64,000 bases of DNA from Pseudomonadota bacterium (GTDB taxonomy: Bacteria; Pseudomonadota; Alphaproteobacteria; Rhodobacterales; Rhodobacteraceae): assembly GCA_036139795.1 (NCBI GenBank), contig JAYZYX010000038.1, forward strand, positions 23,316 to 87,315, given 5' to 3'. Below, piece by piece: positions 46,528 to 55,726 of the stretch; positions within the stretch are counted from its first letter, which is position 1; each line of letters begins with the position of its first letter. Both the position numbers and the translations under genes were made by a program. Below the pieces are notes generated by a model. It saw only the letters and a list, made by a program, of their open reading frames with translations, did not search any database and was not told the DNA's origin.

Positions 46528-47505
46528 ATGGCACAGCTCGTCACGATTTTTGGCGGATCTGGATTCGTAGGACGCTATATTGCGCGTCGGTTGGCTCAGC
46601 AGGGATGCCGCGTGCGCGTGGCCGTGCGTCGCCCCAATGAGGCGGGCTTTGTGCGCACCTATGGTGTCGTCGGTCAGGTCGAGCCGGTCTTCTGCAACAT
46701 TCGTGATGACGCGTCGGTCGCGTCGGTTCTGAACGGTGCGGATGCGGTTGTGAACTGCGTCGGCGTTCTGAGCGAAGCGGGCAAGAACACCTTTGAGGCC
46801 GTACAAGCCGAAGGCGCAGAGCGGATCGCCCGCCTGAGCGCCGCCGAAGGCATCGCCAATCTGGTCCATATCTCGGCACTTGGTGCGGATGCGGACAGTG
46901 ACAGCGAATACGCACAGACCAAAGCTGCGGGTGAAGAGGCGGTTCTTTCGCACATCCCCAATGCTGTGATCCTGCGTCCCTCGATCATCTTCGGGAATGA
47001 GGATGAGTTCTTTAACCGTTTTGCCGGCATGATCGGTCCGGTTCTGCCCGTCGTTGGTGCCAAAACCCGCTTCCAGCCGGTTTATGTGGATGACGTTGCT
47101 GCGGCAGCGGTTCAGGGCGTGAATGGTCAGGTTGCTGGTGGCATCTATGAGTTGGGCGGCCCCGATGTCCGTTCCTTCGAAGAACTGATGCACCAGATGC
47201 TGAACACCATTCACCGTCGCAAGCTGGTGCTGAACGTTCCCTTCTTTGCAGCAAGCATCATGGGCGCGGCGCTGGACTTTGCGCAGGCGATCACGCTGGG
47301 TCTGTTCCACAACGGCATTCTGACCCGCGATCAGGTCAAGAACCTGAAGGCCGACAATGTGGTGTCGGAAGGTGCCAAGGGCTTTGATGCCTTCGGGATC
47401 GAGCCCACCAACATGGGCGCTGTTCTGCCCCAGTACCTGTGGAAGTTCCGCCCCTCGGGCCAGTACGACGCGATCAAGGCCTCGGCCAAGAACCTGCGCG
47501 GCTGA
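46528..47505 (+). CDS. NAD(P)-binding atypical SDR (NDUFA9/complex I 39-kDa-like)
   Basis: GGSGFVGRY Rossmann motif; 325 aa, resembling the NDUFA9-like subfamily. Confidence 0.8.
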   Translation: MAQLVTIFGGSGFVGRYIARRLAQQGCRVRVAVRRPNEAGFVRTYGVVGQVEPVFCNIRDDASVASVLNGADAVVNCVGVLSEAGKNTFEAVQAEGAERIARLSAAEGIANLVHISALGADADSDSEYAQTKAAGEEAVLSHIPNAVILRPSIIFGNEDEFFNRFAGMIGPVLPVVGAKTRFQPVYVDDVAAAAVQGVNGQVAGGIYELGGPDVRSFEELMHQMLNTIHRRKLVLNVPFFAASIMGAALDFAQAITLGLFHNGILTRDQVKNLKADNVVSEGAKGFDAFGIEPTNMGAVLPQYLWKFRPSGQYDAIKASAKNLRG

Positions 47506-47529
47506 TAAATTTTCGCCTCTGATTTCTGA

Positions 47530-47565
47530 AAACGCCTCTCCGGTTCGGAGGGGCGTTTTTCTTTG
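47530..47565 (+). terminator. Intrinsic terminator
   Basis: The 10-bp stem CGCCTCTCCG-gtt-CGGAGGGGCG is followed by TTTTTCTTT. Confidence 0.75.
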
Positions 47566-47654
47566 AGCGTGGCTATGATCTGTAGTTTGGATTGCGAATG
47601 AGGCGCAATCTTAACTTGTTGTTTTTGTTGTAATTTTTCCGCTAAAGTTTATCT

Positions 47655-47775
47655 GAGCCTCATCGGGGAGTAGCATCCCGCCCCGCAAGGGGCGCGGGGG
47701 CGCGTCAACAGACTCGCGATGGTAATCGTGTGATGCGTCCGGCCTGAGGGCTTTGCAAGACCGTGGCGGTGGGAT
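47655..47775 (+). promoter_or_regulatory. yybP-ykoY (Mn2+) riboswitch upstream of mntP
   Basis: It contains the family's conserved blocks GGGGAGTAGC (47665-47674), GTCAACAGAC and CTTTGCAAGACC (47751-47762), in the correct order and spacing. It sits directly 5' of a manganese exporter gene. Confidence 0.8.
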
Positions 47776-47827
47776 TCCTGCGGGCGGGGTCCGTCCATCG
47801 CCCGGATCCAGGCCCTGAGGGATTGTT

Positions 47828-48394
47828 ATGTCTCCTGTTTCGATCGGCATTCTTGCCGTCTCTATGTCTGTTGATGCATTCATCGCGGCCCTTGGCAAAG
47901 GGGCGGGCGGCCATCGGGTCAGCTATCGCAGCGCCCTACAGACCGGTGCCATCTTTGGTTTGGTTGAGGCGATCACGCCACAGATCGGTTGGGCGGCAGG
48001 TGCGGCGGCCAGCAGCTATGTGGCGGCCGTTGATCATTGGATCGCCTTTGGTTTGCTGACGGCGGTCGGTCTAAGAATGGCGTTGCACGCATTAACGCGG
48101 CAGGCTGATTAGGTGTCGAAAGAGCAGGGCCTTTGGGGTCTTGTGGCGACGGCCATTGGCACCTCGATCGATGCGATGGCGGTGGGTGTGTCGCTGGCCT
48201 TTGTTGGGGCAAATATCTTTGTGATTGCTGCCGCGATTGGACTGACGACCATGATCATGAGCGCCTCTGGCATTCTGGCGGGGCGCTATCTGGGGCGGTC
48301 CTTCGGGCGCTGCGCCGAAGGGGTTGGCGGCGCGGCACTGATGGTTATGGGTGCCGCAATCTTGTTGCAGCACCTAGGGATGATCGGGTCTTAA
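47828..48394 (+). pseudogene. mntP: Manganese efflux pump MntP interrupted by an in-frame TAG (48110-48112); alternatively two coupled half-genes (47828-48112 and 48113-48394)
   Basis: Both DUF204 repeats are intact (SMSVDAFIAALGKG and GTSIDAMAVGVSLAF). The two ORFs are in the same frame, separated only by TAG, and the next codon is GTG. Confidence 0.75.
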
Positions 48395-49197
48395 AGGTAG
48401 GCGTAGGCCAGCAGGCAAACGCCAAAGACGATCCGGTAGATTACATAGGGCGTAAAGCTGACGCTGCGTAGCAGGCGCATCATGATGGTCAGTGCCACAA
48501 GGGCCGAGACGAATGCCAGCGCGGCGGCGATGGCGGCATCGTGAATGACTGCGGCGTTGTTGGCCTGTCCCGCGACCTCGATTCCCAGCAGCAGGCCCGA
48601 GGCAACGATGGTCGGGATCGACATCAGCATCGACAGCTTGGCCGCGTCATGGCGGTTGTAGCCCATGAAGCGCGCGCCGGTGATGGTGATCCCTGACCGC
48701 GAGGTGCCGGGAATCAGGGCGACGGCCTGCCAGAGGCCCATCTTCAGTGCCTCCATCGGGGACCAGGCGGTTTCGTCCTTTTCCACGGGGCCTTTCTGGT
48801 CGGCCCAGTAAAGGACAATGCCAAAGATCAGCATGGTCCAGCCAATCACCGCGACCGAGCGCATGGCCTCATCAAGGCCGGTGACGTTCAGGATCAGGCC
48901 GATGATCACAACAGGGATGGTGCCGATGATTAGGCCAAGGGCCAGACGGTCGCCTTGGTTGGTGATCCGGCCCCGTAGGGCGTTCGGCAAGCCAAGCAGG
49001 CCGATTTTCACGTCTGCCCAGAAATAGATCACAACGGCCAGAAGGGTGCCAACGTGGACGGAAACATCGATCACCTGTCCCTGGTCTTCCATTCCTGTGA
49101 GGGCTGGCAGTAGAATCAGGTGTCCTGATGAGGAAATGGGCAGAAATTCGGTGATCCCTTGAATGACTGCTACGAGGAAAAGGTGAAACAGGGTCAT
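48391..49197 (-). CDS. uppP: Undecaprenyl-diphosphate phosphatase
   Basis: BacA/UppP motifs (EFLPISSSGH, PGTSRSG) in a 268-aa polytopic protein. Confidence 0.92.
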   Translation of the reverse strand: MTLFHLFLVAVIQGITEFLPISSSGHLILLPALTGMEDQGQVIDVSVHVGTLLAVVIYFWADVKIGLLGLPNALRGRITNQGDRLALGLIIGTIPVVIIGLILNVTGLDEAMRSVAVIGWTMLIFGIVLYWADQKGPVEKDETAWSPMEALKMGLWQAVALIPGTSRSGITITGARFMGYNRHDAAKLSMLMSIPTIVASGLLLGIEVAGQANNAAVIHDAAIAAALAFVSALVALTIMMRLLRSVSFTPYVIYRIVFGVCLLAYAYL

Positions 49198-49271
49198 GTT
49201 GCGCTCGCAATATGCTTAACGATCGGCGCGACCCTACAGTACCTTGATTCCCAATGCGATCCCATTTGATG

Positions 49272-49304
49272 GGTCCGATTCGGACCTATATTTTTGCCAA
49301 AATG
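49272..49304. repeat. Intergenic repeat copy R3: hairpin plus TATTTTTGCCAAAATG
   Basis: GGTCCG-att-CGGACC is followed 2 nt later by the same 12-mer, TATTTTTGCCAA, as copy R1. Confidence 0.5.
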
Positions 49305-49426
49305 CGCAAAATTCCGCACCGCAGAGGGCGTAAATCTGAATTTAGGTCAGCACTTATGACTTTTCATTCATTTCCCTTTGGTTTAAGCAGCCTGCAAACC
49401 CCGTAACAACCAGGGAGCTGCCCAAC

Positions 49427-50860
49427 ATGGCCAAGCAACCCATGCTCAAGTTCGTGCGCGTTGAGCGCGACATGCCGACCAAGCGTACTGCAGAAGACCG
49501 CAAGCAGGACTTCGATGAGATTTATGCAGAGTTCGCTCGTGAAAAAGCGGCAGAGCAAGCCAGCCGTTGCAGCCAGTGCGGTGTTCCGTACTGTCAAAAC
49601 CACTGCCCGCTGCACAACAACATCCCTGACTGGCTGAACATGACGGCAACCGGTCGTCTGGAAGAGGCGTATGCCATCAGCCAGAGCACCAACACCTTCC
49701 CCGAGATCTGCGGTCGTATCTGCCCGCAGGACCGTCTGTGCGAAGGTAACTGTGTGATCGAACAGTCGGGCCACGGCACTGTGACCATTGGCGCGGTAGA
49801 GAAATACATCACTGACACCGCATGGGAAAAAGGCTGGGTTCAGCCCATCGTTCCCGCGGCAGAGCGCGCAGAGAGCGTTGGCATCATCGGTGCTGGCCCC
49901 GGCGGTCTGGCGGCAGCGGATATGCTGCGCCGCGCTGGTGTTCAGGTCACCATCTATGACCGCTACGACCGCGCAGGCGGCCTGCTGACCTATGGCATCC
50001 CCGGCTTCAAGCTGGAGAAAGACGTGGTCATGCGCCGTAACAAGCTGCTGGAAGATGGCGGCGTGCGTTTCGTGCTGAACTGCAACGTGGGCGTAGACCT
50101 GTCGTTCGAGGAAATCCGTGCGCAGCATGACGCGGTGATCATCGCGACCGGTGTTTACAAGACCCGTGATCTGCAAGGCCCCGGCGCTGGCGCCAAGGGT
50201 ATTGTCCGCGCGATCGACTATCTGACCGCGTCGAACAAAGCCTCGTTCGGTGACGAAGTGGCGGAACTGATCGACGGCACTCTGAACGCTGAAGGCAAGA
50301 ACGTTGTGGTTATCGGCGGTGGTGACACTGCGATGGACTGTGTGCGTACCGCCATCCGTCAGGGCGCGACCTCGGTCAAGTGTCTGTACCGCCGTGACCG
50401 CGCCAACATGCCCGGTTCGCAGCGCGAAGTGCAGAACGCTGAAGAGGAAGGCGCAGAGTTTGTCTGGCTGGCGGCCCCCAAAGGCTTTGCCGGTGACAGC
50501 GTCAGCAGCGTGAAAGTTCAGCAGATGCGTCTGGGTGCCCCCGATGCTTCGGGCCGTCAGAGCCCCGAAGTGATCGAAGGTGCCGACTTTGATGAGCCCG
50601 CAGAGCTGGTCATCAAGGCGCTGGGCTTTGAGCCCGAAGATCTGCCCAAGCTGTGGGGCACCGACGGTCTGGAAGTGACCCGTTGGGGCACCGTGAAAGC
50701 GAACTTTGGTTCGGGCGAGACCAGCCTTGATGGCGTCTATGCTGTTGGCGACATCGTACGCGGTGCATCGCTGGTGGTTTGGGCGATCCGTGATGGCCGC
50801 GACACCGCCGCAGCGATCCTGGAAAAGTTCAACGCCAAGGCAGCAGTGGCCGCCGAATAA
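49427..50860 (+). CDS. gltD: Glutamate synthase (NADPH) small subunit
   Basis: N-terminal Fe-S cysteine clusters (CSQCGVPYC, CPLHN) and GAGPGG and GGGDTAMDC dinucleotide-binding motifs. Confidence 0.95.
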   Translation: MAKQPMLKFVRVERDMPTKRTAEDRKQDFDEIYAEFAREKAAEQASRCSQCGVPYCQNHCPLHNNIPDWLNMTATGRLEEAYAISQSTNTFPEICGRICPQDRLCEGNCVIEQSGHGTVTIGAVEKYITDTAWEKGWVQPIVPAAERAESVGIIGAGPGGLAAADMLRRAGVQVTIYDRYDRAGGLLTYGIPGFKLEKDVVMRRNKLLEDGGVRFVLNCNVGVDLSFEEIRAQHDAVIIATGVYKTRDLQGPGAGAKGIVRAIDYLTASNKASFGDEVAELIDGTLNAEGKNVVVIGGGDTAMDCVRTAIRQGATSVKCLYRRDRANMPGSQREVQNAEEEGAEFVWLAAPKGFAGDSVSSVKVQQMRLGAPDASGRQSPEVIEGADFDEPAELVIKALGFEPEDLPKLWGTDGLEVTRWGTVKANFGSGETSLDGVYAVGDIVRGASLVVWAIRDGRDTAAAILEKFNAKAAVAAE

Positions 50861-50980
50861 GGGTCTGGCCCACGTATGGTAAGGGTATGGCAAACGTCAT
50901 GACGTTCGCCTTCCCACCGCAGCCAGTGAGAATTGATTAGGGCAACAGCCCTGACCCACCAGCGAAGGAAGGGTTAAAAC

Positions 50981-53900
50981 ATGCAAAAGTTTGATGAAAA
51001 CTGGGTCCGCGCCGAAGAAGAAAAGCGCAAGTGGATGGACGAGAACAGCCTGTACCGTGACGCCGAGGAGCATTCCTCGTGCGGCGTGGGTCTGGTTGTC
51101 AGCATCGACGGCAAACCCAGCCGTAAAGTGGTTGAAGCCGGTATCACCGCGCTGAAGGCGATCTGGCACCGTGGTGCTGTGGATGCGGACGGCAAGACCG
51201 GTGACGGCGCAGGTATCCACGTTCAGATCCCCGTTCCGTTCTACTACGAGCAAATCCGTCGCACCGGCCACGAGCCGAAGAAAGACGAACTGCTGGCCGT
51301 GGGTCAGGTGTTCCTGCCGCGCACCGACTTTGGCGCGCAGGAAACCTGCCGGACCATCGTGGAGACCGAAGTTCTGCGCATGGGTCACAGCATCTATGGC
51401 TGGCGTCACGTGCCCGTCGATGTGACCTGTCTGGGTGACAAGGCGAACGCGACCCGCCCCGAGATCGAGCAGATCCTGATCTCGAACGCGAAGGGCGTGG
51501 ACGAAGAGACCTTCGAGCGCGAACTGTATGTGATCCGTCGCCGCATCGAGAAAGCCGCAGCTGCTGCACAGATCAACGGTCTGTACATCGCGTCGCTGTC
51601 GTGCCGCTCGATCATCTATAAGGGCATGATGCTGGCCGAGCAGGTTGCGGTGTTCTACCCCGACCTGATGGACGAGCGTTTTGAATCGGCGTTTGCGATC
51701 TATCACCAGCGCTATTCGACCAACACCTTCCCGCAGTGGTGGTTGGCTCAGCCGTTCCGCATGCTGGCGCACAACGGTGAGATCAACACCATCAAAGGCA
51801 ACACCAACTGGATGAAGAGCCATGAGATCCGCATGGCCTCGGCGACCTTTGGTGACATGGCCGAAGACATCAAGCCGATCATCGCAACCGGTGCGTCGGA
51901 CTCGGCGGCGCTGGACGCGGTGTTCGAGGTTCTGGTGCGCGCAGGCCGTAACGCCCCAATGGCGAAAACCATGCTGGTGCCCGAGTCGTGGTCCAAGCAG
52001 GCAGTAGAGCTGCCCGACGCATGGCGTGACATGTACGCCTACTGCAACGCCGTGATGGAGCCCTGGGATGGCCCCGCCGCTCTGGCGATGACCGATGGCC
52101 GCTGGGTCTGCGCGGGTTTGGACCGTAACGGTCTGCGCCCCATGCGCTATGTTGTGACCGGCGACGGCCTGCTGATCGCGGGTTCGGAAGCAGGCATGGT
52201 TCCCACCAACGAAGCGACCGTTGTGGAAAAAGGCGCTCTGGGTCCGGGTCAGCTGCTGGCCGTGGACATGAAGACCGGCAAGCTGTTCCACGACACCGAA
52301 ATCAAAGACACGCTGGCCGCTAGCCAGCCCTTTGGCGAGTGGGTCGGCAAGATCAACGAACTGGATGAAGCGCTGGGCGACATTCAGGAGAAGGCCCTGT
52401 TCACCGGTGCTGAACTGCGCAAGCGTCAGATCGCTGCCGGCTACAGCATGGAAGAGCTGGAGCAGATCCTTGCCCCGATGGCAGAGGATGGCAAAGAGGC
52501 GCTGGCCTCGATGGGTGACGATACGCCGTCGGCAGTTCTGTCGGCCAAGTACCGTCCGCTAAGCCATTACTTCCGTCAGAACTTCAGCCAGGTGACCAAC
52601 CCGCCGATCGACAGCCTGCGCGAATACCGCGTGATGTCGCTGAAGACCCGTTTCGGCAACCTGAAGAACGTGCTGGACGAAAGCGGCAGCCAGACCGAGA
52701 TCCTCGTGCTGGACAGCCCCTTTGTGGGCAACGCCCAGTTCGAAGAGTTGAAGAACCACTTCAACGCCGAGCTGATCGAGATCGACTGTACCTTCAAGCC
52801 CGGTGACGACCTGCGGACCGAACTGGCCCGTATTCGTGCCGAAGCCGAAGATGCCGTGCGTTCGGGCGCCGGTCACATTGTGCTGACCGACCACACCCAG
52901 AACGTCGAAAAAGTCGCGATGCCGATGATTCTGGCGACCAGCGCAGTTCACAGCCACCTGACCCGCAAGGGTCTGCGGACCTTCTGCAGCCTGAACGTCC
53001 GTTCGGCCGAATGTGTGGACCCCCACTATTTCGCCGTTCTGATCGGCTGTGGTGCGACCACTGTGAACCCCTATCTGGCCGAGGATTCGCTGGCCGACCG
53101 TATCGAGCGTGGCCTGCTGGAAGGCAGCCTGACCGAGAACGTCAGCCGCTACCGTGACGCCATCGACCAGGGTCTGCTGAAGATCATGGCGAAGATGGGT
53201 ATCTCGGTGATCTCGTCCTACCGTGGCGGTCTGAACTTTGAAGCCGTGGGTCTGTCGCGCGCCATGTGTGCCGAATACTTCCCCGGTCTGATGAGCCGTA
53301 TCAGCGGTATCGGTGTCAGCGGCATCCAGAAGAAAGCCGAAGAAGTGCACGCAGCCGGTTTCAAAGCGAACCGCGACGTGCTGCCGATCGGTGGTTTCTA
53401 CAAGGCGCGCCGTTCGGGCGAAACCCACGCGTGGGGTGCAAACAACATGCACCTGCTGCAGTCCGCTTGTGACCGTGGCAGCTATGAGCTGTGGAAGCAG
53501 TACTCGGCCCTGATGAAGGCGAACCCGCCGATCCATCTGCGTGACCTGCTGGATATCAAGCCGCTGGGCAAAGCGATCCCGCTGGAAGAGGTGGAATCGA
53601 TCACCTCGATCCGTAAGCGTTTCGTGACGCCGGGTATGTCGCTGGGCGCACTGTCGCCCGAGGCGCACAAGACCCTGAACGTGGCGATGAACCGTATCGG
53701 CGCGAAGTCGGATTCGGGTGAAGGCGGCGAAGATCCCGCACACTTCCACCCCGAGCCCAACGGCGACAACCCGTCGGCGAAGATCAAACAGGTGGCTTCG
53801 GGCCGTTTCGGTGTGACCGCCGAATACCTGAACCAGTGTGAAGAACTGGAGATCAAAGTCGCACAGGGCGCGAAGCCCGGTGAAGGTGGTCAGCTGCCCG

Positions 53901-55513
53901 GCATGAAGGTCACCGACCTGATCGCCCGTCTGCGCCACTCGACCAAGGGTGTGACCCTGATTTCGCCGCCGCCGCACCACGACATCTACTCGATCGAGGA
54001 CCTTGCGCAGCTGATCTACGACCTCAAGCAGATCAACCCGCGTTGTAAGGTCACCGTGAAGCTGGTTGCCTCGTCCGGTGTTGGCACAATCGCCGCCGGT
54101 GTGGCGAAGGCGAAAGCGGACGTGATCCTGATCTCGGGCCACAACGGTGGTACCGGTGCGTCGCCTGCGACCTCGATCAAATACGCGGGTCTGCCGTGGG
54201 AAATGGGTCTGACCGAAGCACATCAGGTTCTGGCTATGAACCACCTGCGTTCGCGCGTCACCCTGCGGACCGACGGCGGTCTGCGGACCGGTCGTGACAT
54301 CGTCATGGCAGCGATGATGGGTGCCGAGGAATACGGCATCGGCACCGCCGCCCTGATCGCGATGGGCTGTATCATGGTGCGTCAGTGTCAGTCGAACACC
54401 TGCCCCGTGGGCGTATGTACGCAGGACGAAAGCCTGCGTGCCAAGTTCACCGGCAACGCGGACAAAGTGGTCAACCTGATCACCTTCTACGCACAGGAAG
54501 TTCGCGAGATTCTGGCAAGCATCGGTGCCCGTTCGATGGATGACGTCATCGGTCGCGCCGACCTGCTGAGCCAGGTCAGCCGTGGTGCCGCGCATCTGGA
54601 CGATCTGGACCTGAACCCGCTGCTGATCACTGTGGATGGCTCGGAAACCATCGAGTACGACCGGAGCCGTCCGCGCAACGTTGTGCCGGATACTCTGGAC
54701 GCGGAAATCGTGAAGGATGCCGCGCGCTTCCTGAAGGATGGCGAGAAGATGCAGCTGAGCTATGCGGTGCAGAACACGCACCGTACGGTTGGTACCCGCA
54801 CCTCGAGCCACATCGTGCAGAACTTTGGCATGCGCAACAGCCTGCAGCCTGACCACCTGACCGTGAAACTGCGCGGTTCGGCGGGCCAGTCGCTGGGTGC
54901 TTTCGCGGCCCCCGGTCTGAAGATCGAAGTGTCGGGTGATGCGAACGACTACGTGGGCAAAGGTCTGTCGGGTGGTACCGTTGTGGTCCGTCCGCCGATG
55001 GAAAGCCCGCTGGTTGCTGCCGACAACACCATCATCGGTAACACCGTTCTCTACGGTGCGACCGACGGCTACCTGTTCGCGGCTGGCCGCGCAGGCGAGC
55101 GTTTCGCGGTCCGTAACTCGGGTGCGAAAGTGGTGATCGAAGGCTGTGGTTCGAACGGTTGTGAATACATGACCGGCGGTGTGGCGGTTATCCTCGGTTC
55201 GATCGGTGCCAACTTTGGCGCGGGTATGACCGGCGGTATGGCTTACCTTTGGGACCCCGAGAACGAAGCGCCCCGTTGGCTGAACATGGAAACGCTGGTC
55301 ACCTGCGTGCCCTCGCACCCCCATTGGGTCGAGCAGCTTAAGGGTCTGGTCGAGCGTCACTATGCCGAGACCAAGTCGCGTAAGGCAGAAGAGATCCTGC
55401 AGCACTGGGAAGAAAACCTGCCCAAGTTCGTGCAGGTCTGCCCGAAGGAGATGCTGGACAAGCTGACCTACCCGCTGGCCCCCGAAGGCCAAGAGGCGAT
55501 CCCCGCGGAATAA
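50981..55513 (+). CDS. gltB: Glutamate synthase (NADPH) large subunit
   Basis: 1510 aa with an Ntn amidotransferase start (CGVG), a central FMN/3Fe-4S domain and a C-terminal GXGXG beta-helix domain. Confidence 0.97.
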   Translation: MQKFDENWVRAEEEKRKWMDENSLYRDAEEHSSCGVGLVVSIDGKPSRKVVEAGITALKAIWHRGAVDADGKTGDGAGIHVQIPVPFYYEQIRRTGHEPKKDELLAVGQVFLPRTDFGAQETCRTIVETEVLRMGHSIYGWRHVPVDVTCLGDKANATRPEIEQILISNAKGVDEETFERELYVIRRRIEKAAAAAQINGLYIASLSCRSIIYKGMMLAEQVAVFYPDLMDERFESAFAIYHQRYSTNTFPQWWLAQPFRMLAHNGEINTIKGNTNWMKSHEIRMASATFGDMAEDIKPIIATGASDSAALDAVFEVLVRAGRNAPMAKTMLVPESWSKQAVELPDAWRDMYAYCNAVMEPWDGPAALAMTDGRWVCAGLDRNGLRPMRYVVTGDGLLIAGSEAGMVPTNEATVVEKGALGPGQLLAVDMKTGKLFHDTEIKDTLAASQPFGEWVGKINELDEALGDIQEKALFTGAELRKRQIAAGYSMEELEQILAPMAEDGKEALASMGDDTPSAVLSAKYRPLSHYFRQNFSQVTNPPIDSLREYRVMSLKTRFGNLKNVLDESGSQTEILVLDSPFVGNAQFEELKNHFNAELIEIDCTFKPGDDLRTELARIRAEAEDAVRSGAGHIVLTDHTQNVEKVAMPMILATSAVHSHLTRKGLRTFCSLNVRSAECVDPHYFAVLIGCGATTVNPYLAEDSLADRIERGLLEGSLTENVSRYRDAIDQGLLKIMAKMGISVISSYRGGLNFEAVGLSRAMCAEYFPGLMSRISGIGVSGIQKKAEEVHAAGFKANRDVLPIGGFYKARRSGETHAWGANNMHLLQSACDRGSYELWKQYSALMKANPPIHLRDLLDIKPLGKAIPLEEVESITSIRKRFVTPGMSLGALSPEAHKTLNVAMNRIGAKSDSGEGGEDPAHFHPEPNGDNPSAKIKQVASGRFGVTAEYLNQCEELEIKVAQGAKPGEGGQLPGMKVTDLIARLRHSTKGVTLISPPPHHDIYSIEDLAQLIYDLKQINPRCKVTVKLVASSGVGTIAAGVAKAKADVILISGHNGGTGASPATSIKYAGLPWEMGLTEAHQVLAMNHLRSRVTLRTDGGLRTGRDIVMAAMMGAEEYGIGTAALIAMGCIMVRQCQSNTCPVGVCTQDESLRAKFTGNADKVVNLITFYAQEVREILASIGARSMDDVIGRADLLSQVSRGAAHLDDLDLNPLLITVDGSETIEYDRSRPRNVVPDTLDAEIVKDAARFLKDGEKMQLSYAVQNTHRTVGTRTSSHIVQNFGMRNSLQPDHLTVKLRGSAGQSLGAFAAPGLKIEVSGDANDYVGKGLSGGTVVVRPPMESPLVAADNTIIGNTVLYGATDGYLFAAGRAGERFAVRNSGAKVVIEGCGSNGCEYMTGGVAVILGSIGANFGAGMTGGMAYLWDPENEAPRWLNMETLVTCVPSHPHWVEQLKGLVERHYAETKSRKAEEILQHWEENLPKFVQVCPKEMLDKLTYPLAPEGQEAIPAE

Positions 55514-55538
55514 GGTCTTCCTGACTAGACAAAACAGA

Positions 55539-55570
55539 CCCCGCCAAGGCAGCTTGGCGGGGTTTTTCTT
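55539..55570 (+). terminator. Intrinsic terminator of gltDB
   Basis: CCCCGCCAAG-gcag-CTTGGCGGGG is followed by TTTTTCTTT. Confidence 0.8.
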
Positions 55571-55726
55571 TGCCTGATGGTTTGTGCGGGGTCGCTACGG
55601 TCGTGTGGTGCCGGACAGAGCCGCCGTTTGACCCAAGTGACGAAGCGTATCGCGTGCGGGCAGGGCTTGTGTTCGGGAATTGGAATATGTTTCTTAGGTG
55701 TCTGGTCCGGTGAATAGGAGACCTTG

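Noticed and set aside
49364-52291. Two long minus-strand ORFs (509 aa and 464 aa) opposite gltD and gltB
   Set aside because: They are antisense shadows of glutamate synthase genes, with no motifs.
52559-55492. 977-aa ORF antisense to gltB
   Set aside because: It is a shadow ORF of a highly conserved gene. It has no domain signatures, and its codon position-3 GC pattern fits the plus-strand gene.
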